NCBI GenBank assembly: GCA_036172245.1
Contig: JAYWIR010000036.1
Location: 620,001-684,000, forward strand
Direction: 5' to 3'
Length of the DNA stretch: 64,000 nt
Source: Raillietiella orientalis
Lineage: Eukaryota
Shown in pieces: positions 53,640 through 64,000 of this stretch. A program made the position numbers and the translations under genes. The notes beneath the pieces were generated by a model, which worked only from the letters and a program-made list of their open reading frames with translations, did not search any database and was not told where the DNA came from. How positions within the stretch are numbered: position 1 is the first letter of the stretch; every line of letters begins with the position of its first letter.

Positions 53640-56600
53640 TGCGGCGGCTGATAGTCTTCGATCCTGGGGACAAGAAAAGGATGGTTGCAGCGATGAGATG
53701 AGAGGTCCTGGCTATGCGCCACCTCTGCTGGCCCACCGCCGCAGGAACGTCTGGGACGGAGTCGCGTGGGGAGGGGAGGCGCACGCACGCGTCTTGGGTC
53801 TTCCCGGGGCCTTCTGTACGCCGAACCACGTGACCCGGAAGGCCGGGAAACAGGGTGAGGTCGCAGGTGCGGGTCCCTCCAGGGGTGGCAGTGACCCCAA
53901 GGAAGTGCGCTACGGAGTGCTCGAGTCAGGAGGGATTGCGCTGATATGGGGCGGCATAACGCAGGCACCTGCCGCCGTAGGTCGCTCTCTGACCTGCCCC
54001 AGGCTGGGATGCGGCTGGAGTCGCGGCCGGAAGGGCAAGGAGGATCCTTTGGGCGCCTCAGCCGGCGCTGCCCTTTTTTTCTACCCGCGAGAGGGCGGAG
54101 GCGTCTTCTCTTGCCGGGAGGCGCCTGGCCACCGTGAGCGCCCGGCATCTCGCAGACCTGGGGTTCTCTTCTTTCGCGTCTCCAGGACAAAGGGACCGGC
54201 AGCGCAGGCGCTGTCAGCAAACTCCGGCCCCCAGAGTGCGCATTGCCTTAATCACGCGGTGGGCGGGTCCGCCTTCGAGCGAGTCAACTGGGCTCCCGCC
54301 AACTGACGACGAGGGAAACGACGGCCACACCCCCGGAAACGGGTCGCGCACGAGCACTCTCGACGCGGGACACGCACGCCTTGCGAGTTACCTTGCGCGC
54401 GAAGGAACACCTCTAGGGCTTAGCAGTGACCGAACTTGTCACTCTTGACCACGGAAGGGGTGGGGAGCGGGAGGAAATAGGGGAGAGGAGGAAAGCTCAC
54501 GGTTTTGCGGACGCGCCCTCCCTCCGGAGGAGCGCCTCCATAAGCGAGCGCAATCCAGAGGCCAACAGCGCGCGGGGTACTGCGGGCAGCAGACTCTTCC
54601 CTGCTCTTGCCTTTTTTCTCTCAAGGAGGCGAAGGAGCTTCTTTCCTGCTGCTCGCTGTTACTTGTCAAGTAGTGTCCCCCCCCTCCTTCCTCCCCCTTC
54701 AACAAAAGCTGTGAGTAGGCGGACAGTTTCCCCCCGGAGCGTACAGGACAGCTTACCTGCGCGAAAGTGCGTACCAAACGACCTTCCCTTTCCTTGGCGC
54801 TTCGCTCGTGATCCCACGACACCGTTGCGACTAAGACCGCGAGAAGCAGACAGGCACTCGAGGATCAAACGGCACCGCCATCTTGTGGAACGAATGTTCC
54901 CGTGTTTCCCATTTTTCTCGTGGATTCGATTGATTCATCTCTCTCTCCGGGAGACGAGAATCTTGCAAGAGAGGCGGGCGATCTTTCCATTCCGGGTGAA
55001 CGGATTCACGGCAGACCAAAGATTCCGGTATCCTGAACATTTCCAAGATCTCCATCGCTGTGCACTTCCGAGGGGGGAGATTTGTAGTTTCCCTGCACGA
55101 CTTTGCAGGAAATCACCAGAACTCCCCACGATCTCATTTATGCATCATCCACGTCTCTCAACTCCCTCATTGCCTCTCAAATTTTCTTTCCAAAACACAT
55201 TTACATAACACATTAAGGAACGGTTAGCACTAGCCACAACAATGCTAGTAGTGCCAAACGTTCCGAGGATGAATTTGCCATGTCGCGTTTTAATTTTTCC
55301 TACTTCCTCTCTTTAAGTGAATGTTCCTGCAGTAAATGATGCAAAGTCGGTGAAATGGCTTGCATAGCAGTCTCGAATTCATTTCAAGATTTGAAATGTT
55401 ATTTGAACCTGATGATTTAGACTTTGTCTTCGGAGAAGAAACAGCAGCGCATTTAAAAAGGCAAGCAGAAGTTTCGGATAACCGCTAGCATCAGTTCCAG
55501 ACATCACTGACAGTAACGTTAGTGCAAAGTGTTTGCTCGGCGTCTAATAGATTCAGTTATTAATCGTACGTCTGATTCAGATTCTCTGGAGGCAATCGCT
55601 GATAAATTATTTCGAAAGAACAAGACAAAAATAACTAACCAACTAAATCCCTTTGCTCGTACAAATAAAGGTTTAGTTGGTGAATGAAATGCAAACCATC
55701 TCCTAATTATTTCAGACGCGAGGAAGCGATTTTCGGTGCAGTCGCCTATTTGGCTTCGGTTCCGAGAAATAGGGGTCTGAAATTCCAGTTTTGGTTTCGG
55801 GGGAGAGAAACGAACAAAAAACAAACAAAAAAAAAACCAATAAATGAATAAATAAATAAATACATAAAGAGTTTAGGAAAACGAAGCGCTCACACTACAG
55901 TTGCGAAAACTCTCCGCGGCAATGTTTTTGTGCGGCAAACATAACAGTCGGCCCAAGTCCATGCGATCTACTCAAAACAAAGGTATTCAAATCAGTGAGA
56001 CTTACAAAGAAACGGGGCGGTTAGGGAAACCCAGAAATTCCCGATGGATTCTCACATCTGCGGACGGATGCTTTTTACGAGCACAGGGAGCCCTTTTGAC
56101 GAGCTGACAAAAATATCGGAGTCCACGCTGACTATCTACTCCAATTTCGGTACAGTTATGCTACTCCGGGTCAGCGTCGTCTAGCCGAACATCATCAGGA
56201 CGATAAAGATCGGCACGACGGTTTATTCTACCAAAAGCAGCGTTTGGAAAATCGAGGTCCACAGACGGAGGAACGCCCAAGGTAGTCAGTCAAGTGGGAA
56301 GGGTGTGCGCGCGTTCAGGGCGAGTGCCTCCCGCTTCCTCCTGGTCAGCACGCACTCGGCCGGGCGCGGCGGCCTGCTGATCACTTCCTCGGCCCGCGCC
56401 TGCGGATCACCGCACGCGGGCAGCGCACGCTTTGGGAGTGACCCCCGAGCTCTTCCGAGAGGAAACGCCACATTTCCGAAGGCCCACCGCCGACCTCCTC
56501 CCAGCACCCGCTCCGCTGGCACAATTTGATCGACGAGGTTTTCTCCTTCCGGAACCGATCTCCGCGAATCACGAGATCAACGATGTCAGCGTGCGTTAGA

Positions 56601-59600
56601 GGGGAAAATTCTGGAGGGAAGAGGGACGCGGAGTTTGCCGGGGGCTGGGGAGGAACCAGGAAGGGATACTGCTCGTTCTGGCAGGAAGAGACCATCTCCA
56701 CGCAGATTTCGCTCGGAATTCAAGGAGGGAACTTTGCAAATTCGCTCGTTTTTTTCCTTCTTTCTTTTGCTCTCGCGTCTCAGCAACGAGGATGTGGTGA
56801 CCCCCAGGAGGTTCGCCGCCACAGCCGCTCCTCGCGCGCGGGTCGACAAGCACGCGCAGCGCGCAATCCGTCGGACGGCCGTACGTCCCAGCCTGCCGCT
56901 TCCCGTGCCTGGCTCTTGGGAAGCAACGAGCAGCACGTCCCAAGGAGGTTTCTTTTGGCAGGTGGCGGCCGGTTGCCGCGGACGGGCGGAGGGGAGGCGA
57001 AGCTCTTCGGGCAAGAGTGGCGCACGCCACCTCCAGTAAAGACATCCGCGTCTGCCCTTTTACCACTTGCACAGACGACGACGGCGTCCGCGCGCAAGGC
57101 AGAGACTGGTAGGCCGGTCTCATCGCATGTGCCCTCGAGGGCCTCATCAATCAGGCAGCAGCAGCTCCATTCCGGATGGATTTCACGCGGGGGGGGACTG
57201 TGCCGCTCTCGCTCCCCATTTCTTCCGGCCATCCTCCAACCACCTTTGGATAGAAGCACCCCATGAGGATTCTTTCCCCAGCCGTGGGGCGATCGAAGCG
57301 TTGCAAAGGCGCGTCCAGGGGGAGTAGGGGACGGCGGTTTTCGCATCCTCCCAGTGCAGCTGCAGGAACTTCCTCTTTTCCTCCTCTGCTTCTGCTTTCT
57401 TTCCATCCTCCTCCTTGGCTCTTCCTTCCTTGGTGGGCCGGTCCTGAATCCCTTGAGACTTCGTCGTCATCCAGACCCAGCAACCGGACCATTGCTTTCT
57501 CGGGAGTTCCAACACACGCCTTCCAGGGAAGCTGCGCCAGCTTCTCTGGAGTCCCTGCCGACCAGCCGTGTCGATTCCTGCGACCTTGAAAGTGGTCCTT
57601 CAGGCGCGGTCACTCCACACCCTTTTCCAAAGAGGCCCTAAGCCAGTCCCCTCCACACGAGGTGGACGCACTCTGAAGCGATGCTAGGGTGCGCTCTTTC
57701 TCCTGTACTCGGGACCCAATTAGTTTCCACTTGTTATATTCCCGATGATCTGACTGCCGCCTCCTTCCCGATTACGTGGTAGACGGCGGGTGGCCTGTAG
57801 GCTGCGACATGTTCAGCATGTTCTGAACTCTCAGGTTCCCAGCTTTCAGACGGCGACTCTTGGAACCTCTTCCTGCTCGCGTCCCGGGAGCCGTTCTCGC
57901 TCCACCGCCTCCTCGCAGCGAGCGTGCACCCAGTGACTTTTCCCCTATCTTCTGAGGGGAACAGCTGCACCCAGGCCTCTTAGTTAGGCTCTGGGGCCAG
58001 GCAGTGCTGCAACCCTTCGCAGCACCGCTAAAGCATTGGTTTGATCTGGCAGCACCGTTGGACGAGTGCAGTTCTACTGGCCGATGACCAGTTTCTCGAA
58101 GGGCCTGAGAAGTCCTTCTTGTCTTTATCTTCCTCTTGCTGCCACTGTTTTTAGCGGGGGAAGTGATAGTTTGGTGAATGCGCTCTCTGTCTGGTGGACG
58201 TTGTCCCTCAGCAGTTGGCACGTGCAACGTGACGACAAATGCCCATCGCTACGTGCCGTGGCGAACGGACGCAGAGGCAAACGCCTTGCGAAGCGCTCAG
58301 CGCAACCGTCCGCGACAACCGTTCTTGCCAGAAGTAGGCCGTGGAAGAAAATGTCAGATCATCGTCATCATGCGCGACATGCGTGCAGGTCAAGGCGGCG
58401 TCACTTGGTTACCTCCAGGTGGTTTGCAGCATCTCGTATCAGGATCCAATTCCAAACAGTGGATACATTCCAGCAGGGCTCGTGCGGTGCGTGATCTTGT
58501 AGGGACAGCCGCCGCTCCCCTCAACGGAAGGGAGAAGCCAGAGCCAGCCTGCCATCGGGATGATCGCGTGTCCACTGACCTCGTTCCAGGACGCCTCGGG
58601 CTCGTCCTGTAAGTGCAAGACAACCTTCTACTGCGGATCAAACTCCAGCGACTAGAAGGTACTGTTTTGATGGGCTTCGAGGACTGCAACGGCTGGTCTA
58701 CAGCTGAGGAAGTAATGTGGTACGGTCACCCAGAGGCGAAATCATACTTCATCAGGATCTTTGATATTGCACGATAGAAGTGGAAACGATTATCACGAAA
58801 CTCCTCCGATAACGGAGAAAGCACATGGGTGAGGGAAAGGTGCCAGAAGACTCTGAACCTGGAAAACAAGGGTGAGGTTGTCGTATGCGTTGGCATGCAC
58901 AAACAGCTCCTAGCTCTCCGAAAGCAAATAAGTGCATTCCCTGGCAACCTCGGGAACAGTACCCAGAATTGGGTACTCCGGAGCCACTATGAACCTTCCA
59001 GTGCGCAGATTATCCACGTGGATCAGCAGGAGCAGCCAAACACTCACTCCGCAGTCTGGTGGTGTCCGTTTGCTTGCTCTCTGTTGCACCATCAGCTTAC
59101 CTTTGGGTCGCTAGTGTTCGAAAGTAGACCACTTTGTCATCACTTCGAATTTTTCATCGTAAAGCGGGTGGAGCGTACGAGAGCAGTGCATTTTTCCTTC
59201 TCAGCATTACTCGCTTTATCTCGAGGTGTGATGCTTCCGGGGTATAGGGATCCACTTCATCAAACTCAAAATTTGAAGAATAGAAAAGGGAACAACGATA
59301 TGACCGAATGCTGCCCGGCCAGCAACGGTGACATGCCTCCCTCGCCCGCCTCGAGAGGACTCTCCCAGCATCACAGCCTGCACCTTAAACCTTTCAGAGG
59401 ACCACACAGAACTGTGGGTTCAGCGTTAGGCAGTAATTCGGCGTGGTTCGTTGAGGGCGGATAAGCGCGCCATTGTTGTTGGCGAATCTATAGATAGCCC
59501 GCGCTCTAGGCTATATATCGATCAAGCAGGGTGAGCTTGCTAGAAGGAGGGAAGTTGGTTGGTTTTGACTTCCTCCGTCCCTTCCTTCCGCGCGTCGTTA

Positions 59601-61610
59601 CCCTTTGTGTCGCTTCGGTTCATATATACTTCACACGGTATTGCACACGTGTAGTGTTCGAGTGTTACATGTCGGGTGCATTAAGGAGTCCTTCAAGTCC
59701 TCCCGTTCCTGCTCCGCAACGAGGAGACCGGAAGAAACATCGACCCAGTCAAGGAGAACCAGAGGTGATCTCGGTAGGCTAAGAAGGGCACGAAAAGAGT
59801 GAGCACTCTGTGAAGCGTGCAAAGGACGGTAGCGGCTCAGCGACGATGTAGCGTGCGAGGTGTGCGGCTGAAGCGTGACCAAAACCGGGAGGGGGAAATT
59901 CTGGAGGGGATCTATACTCTAGGGAAGTTTCTGCTCTTTTGAGGTGCAGTAATTAGGGTCGTTGAACGCGTTTTCTTAGGCAAGGAGGTGTTGAGAGTTG
60001 GAATGGGTTGGTGCACTGAGTCAAAGGTGCCAAGAGACCCGTGTTGACCTGGCAGACTTGCCCTGAACACACCCCGTGGGTGTGCGAGTGAGGCGCGCTG
60101 CAAGGAAACACAAATCCCCACCACAAGCAAAAGGGTGGAACACGGTGAAAACGGTGGAGCCATTTCGAAGAAGGCGCCCAACGAGGAGGTTAAGAGGATG
60201 GATGCTGCGAATGCGCACGCTTCCGCAAGATCGGCGGAGACGAGACGGCTCACTTCATGAGAGCAAAGCCCGACGTTTCGCATGCCAACTAAAGCAAAAA
60301 CGTCTGCCCTTTTTATATGCGAAGCGCAATACCTGTGTACGTGACGTCCACACGCAAGTAGCACGGCACCTGCATATCTCACTCCGTCTTTCTCATGGAC
60401 AGACGTCAGTATCACCTCCCCTTTCCATGAGGCGAGACTGATCTATGATTACGACGGTGAGTAGACGGCAAGCGTGTAGTAACCGGGTCGCAAGAGCTCG
60501 GAACCGACTCAGAAAAGCATCGAATGACAGAAAGAGCAACGAAAGGACGGAAGCTTCCGTGATATCGCGTTCTCCGTGGGAGCCGATGAGCCTCTGTGAG
60601 GAAGGAAACGCCAAGACGTCTCCATGATCCCTGCGGAGTCGAAAGTATACGGGTGGGGAGGGGAATCTGGTGGAGGGTGCAGCCAAGTTCCGAAGTGGCA
60701 TCTCTCAAAGGACGTCTCAATTGGTCTGAATGCGACGTGGGCGTTCGCAACGGGGGCTGCCGGCGCTCAGGTGACCGAGAAGGGATCACACACACGAAAG
60801 TAGAGGTCATCGCTTTCAGCACCACGACTTCTGGAGTCACAGGGAAGGCCATGAGGCGGTGTTCGACCTGGAGGCAATCGACGACGACGAGGATGCAGGT
60901 CCCGGAGGAGCACTCAGAAATTCTTGTGCTCCCCGAGCGGTCTTCGGATGCGAAGCCGTGATGCTCATGTCCGCGGAGGTGGTAGAATGATTTCGCGGCC
61001 GAAGCAGCTCTTCCAGGGGGAGAGCAACGCGATGTTGGAACGAAGCAACAGACGGTGGCCGGTGGATCCTCCTTTCGGGACCTTCAGTTTTCAGCAGCTA
61101 AGAAGGTTTCGGGCGACCTCCTGGAGGGAGCAGGCAAGGGGGAAGATATTTGGTCTGATGAGAGGCGGCGACTCTGCTCCGTACCGTTTCCTCGGCGTGG
61201 TGCCCAACAACGGAAACGCGCGCGCGCGACTGTCGGCGAGGTCTGCTGCTACTTTGGAAGAGCGACACACGAGGGAGGGAGGGCAGCCGGACTGCACTGC
61301 CAATACTCAGGCATCTCTCGTCTTCGGACCGAAGGTCAGAGCTCGCATGTCTACCCCACTACCCAAGACGAATCACGTGTGCATGTGCACATATTTGTAT
61401 GGGACGTGTATTCATATGTACACAAGAATGATTGGATGGCACACGATCCATGTAGGACAGCGCCCATATCTACGTATGCACGGTGCAGTCCTGCATGAGG
61501 GTCCACACGCACATGGCATGGTTACAATGAATAGGCACCGCACGTCCCGAAGCGCGCAGTAGAACCCACGCTTGTATAGCATCGATCCACGGAAGCGCTC
61601 GAGATGTCAT

Positions 61611-61645
61611 GCCATCGATGTCCACGTGACGTGGACATCGATGGC
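61611..61645. repeat. 35-bp palindrome (17-bp arms, 1-nt centre)
   Basis: gccatcgatgtccacgt-g-acgtggacatcgatggc. The ORF track shows the same peptide AIDVHVTWTSMA on both strands. Confidence 0.92.
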
Positions 61646-62920
61646 TCCGCATGCACCGTGCTTTTCCTCGGAAGGGGCGGACTCGCTAAGCACAAGAGAA
61701 GGCGCGTCCTCCCACTGCTGCATCAGATGCTTCTGCCAGCCTGTTGAAAGGAGAGGATCCGTTGGGAAGGAGCGCTTTCCCATTTTCGGGGCAGTCCCGC
61801 CTGCGCGGTTTGCTCTCGGGCCGGCTTCCGGTCGGCTTCCGCCTTCACGAGTGGTGAAGCAACAACCTCTTTCGCGCAGAAGAGTTGCGGAGCTCAGCGA
61901 ATGTCCTAATCTGAACAGGGAGAGCATGAGGCACGTCAGTGACGAGAGAGGGGTGGTGAGTGCCGCCTGAGGGATCACGTCGCTCAGGGATGCGTCGGCT
62001 GTGAGGCAATGCACGAACGTACAGCTCTCTCTAGGATGAGATAGAGAGGGATTCTTGGTAAGATGGGTCAGGAGGTCATCGGCTGACTGGCGGTGGTGAG
62101 TTGTAGTTGTAGGTACGATAGGAGTGCGGGTGCGTGAGGTAACAGAAAAGAAATGGTGGGTCTGGAGGCAGTGCGAAGAGTGGTAGTGGTTCATGGGTGA
62201 ACGGCCCACCCGGGAGATTGAGGTCTGGGGAGGAGTTCATCATGGTTTGAGGGGTGCCTATGAGGGCGCAAGCCGCGTCGATGTGAGGGTGCACGATGGA
62301 GGGAGATGTCTGTGCGGCGGGTGCGGTGAGTTCCGTAGCTCCGGCAAGGTTTCCTATGAGGATTTGGCTATCACAGAGCGGATTGGAGACTGGAGAAGCG
62401 GATGGTGGTATTTTGTAGATTGCTGTGGGTGCTTAGAGATGATCATTATTCAGGCACTGTCAACGCTGGAAGGCCCGTGAGCCTCTATGAGAGGGAAGCA
62501 GGGTGTAGCATCCCTATTAGGTTGCTTCAGCCAAAGAGACAAGAAGAACGTCGGTCTCCTTTGAGTTTTTCCAGCGTTGATTATTCTTGGATGCTGGAGT
62601 AATGAGAGATATGGCGGTTCTCTGTGAATCCTGCGATTCCTGGCAGATCAAAGGCGTCTCCTTTATTCCATCTGGTGGTCAGTATGTGCGCGAGTTCTGG
62701 AGATAAGGAGTTCGGTTCTCTTGGATCAGTCATTTGATGCTCTGCGGTGTGCAGCAGCGGCGGAACTGAGACTGATTTTGATGCAATCTGTGGTGGTGAA
62801 GATCACCAAAGGTGGGTTATCATGAGCTCAGAACATGGATGCTGGAGGTGATAAAGCAGAATGCATCCATCGCTCAGGGGAAAAAATCCACGTAGAATAT
62901 CTGGGAGGTATGCCCATTCC

Positions 62921-63031
62921 TGCCTAGCAGCGTCATCGCGAGGGTAGGGAAGGAGGATGGGGGTAGGGCGGATCTGCTGCTAGATCAATACAGCTGTGGA
63001 TGTGCTGTTGCCTAGCAGCGTCATCGCGAGG
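62921..63031. repeat. Exact 23-bp direct repeat
   Basis: tgcctagcagcgtcatcgcgagg at 62921-62943 and 63009-63031. Confidence 0.9.
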
Positions 63032-64000
63032 AGCTCGTGGCTAAGCTCTATAGCAGGCCCGTCACTTTCCGCGTGCACGCCGCTTCATCTTTTCCACTGT
63101 CACAGCAACCCGAGCTTCATAACAATAGATGCCTCACTGTTGCCACGATACTCATCACACTGCTACGATGATCAGCGCCCTGCAACCTAAGCAGTCGAGG
63201 GATGGCTCTAGGTGCGTGCCCAACGGCTCTGACGAAGGAATCTCCTCCACGGGAAGTCCCTTCTCTTCGGAAGCTCAATCTCTTTGGATCACACCACCAC
63301 TGGCACATTTCTCCAGGAGTCTCGGATGAAACGGATATGACTCTTTCGTTTGTTTCTTTTCTCTCTCCCGTGGATGGCCCGCGATCAGTTGGAGCAGGGA
63401 ATAGGTGGTTCCACGGGGCCACCTGAGCAGCCCCAGCACATTGCGCACCTCGAACTGCTCCGTGTCTCAACCGAGGCCCGCACGCAGCGTGCGCGTGGCG
63501 CGCGCCACGTGCCATGCAGGAGAAGAGGCAGCAGGTGTGAGGAAGCTGGAAGGTCTGCCGCTTCCGAGGGGCTGCCCAGACAGTGGAGTTTCACGTCCGC
63601 CGGAAGGGACTCGCCAGCCGAGACGGCGGCTCTCGCGTACCGCGGGTCCAGCACGCGCCTTTAGCGGGTGCTGAGCGTTCTGTTTTCCCATCTCTATTTT
63701 TAGCCTCCGAGAGCGAAAGAGTTCGCTAGTCACGTATAAATTCAGGTTGAAAATCCGGCGGCTGTGAGGAAGCGGTCGGATACTCCGCTGAGCGTGGAGA
63801 TGGACTGCACTGCGGCGGCCTGGGTCGATGATAGGTGGACTCCCCGGCGTGGGCTGTCGGACGGGAAAGGCAGGGGGGAGGCGTGACGCAGAGCGCGTGG
63901 ACGGGACGGACGTGCTTGTCACGCTCCCTTCCCGAGAGCACCCAGGCAGGAACGAGGGTCACCAAGACGGGCTCCAGACAGGGTCTCGACCACCGCTTCC

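Noticed and set aside
50800..54800. Many long overlapping ORFs (170-300 aa) in all six frames
   Set aside because: They are Arg/Pro/Gly/Ala-rich by-products of high GC in the introns and flank of the FN3-ZP gene. Only the short exons listed carry domain signal.
56599..59909. Near-identical 20-mer gaggggraaattctggaggg at ~56599 and ~59889
   Set aside because: It is short and purine-rich, and the similarity does not extend, so it is insufficient for LTRs or a repeat family.
63694..63740. MEF2-like CTATTTTTAG and TATAAA near the window end
   Set aside because: Short motifs with no identified downstream gene in the window.

Overview
Eukaryotic (metazoan) genomic DNA, not prokaryotic. Genes are split by GT-AG introns, many only 36-60 nt. 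This compact architecture suggests a clade I nematode (Trichuris/Trichinella-like), which is an inference. Seven genes were reconstructed by manual splicing: tyrosine aminotransferase (+, 5' end not found), ZCCHC14/ZCCHC2-like (-), NDUFAF6 (+), UBALD1/2 (+), DUS1L (-), SETD2/met-1 (+) and a secreted FN3 + ZP-N-like protein (-). They are packed as tight head-to-head and tail-to-tail pairs. The window alternates sharply between AT-rich, CpG-poor blocks over housekeeping gene bodies and GC/CpG-rich blocks, which resembles a gene-body methylation footprint. Other signals are several near-perfect hairpins/palindromes (one pre-miRNA-sized, in UBALD intron 1), a spliced-looking orphan unit at ~15-18.6 kb and two stop-riddled ORF remnants. 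I recognised no tRNA, rRNA, CRISPR array or intact transposon. I cannot demonstrate a new biological system from the sequence alone; the findings are leads.
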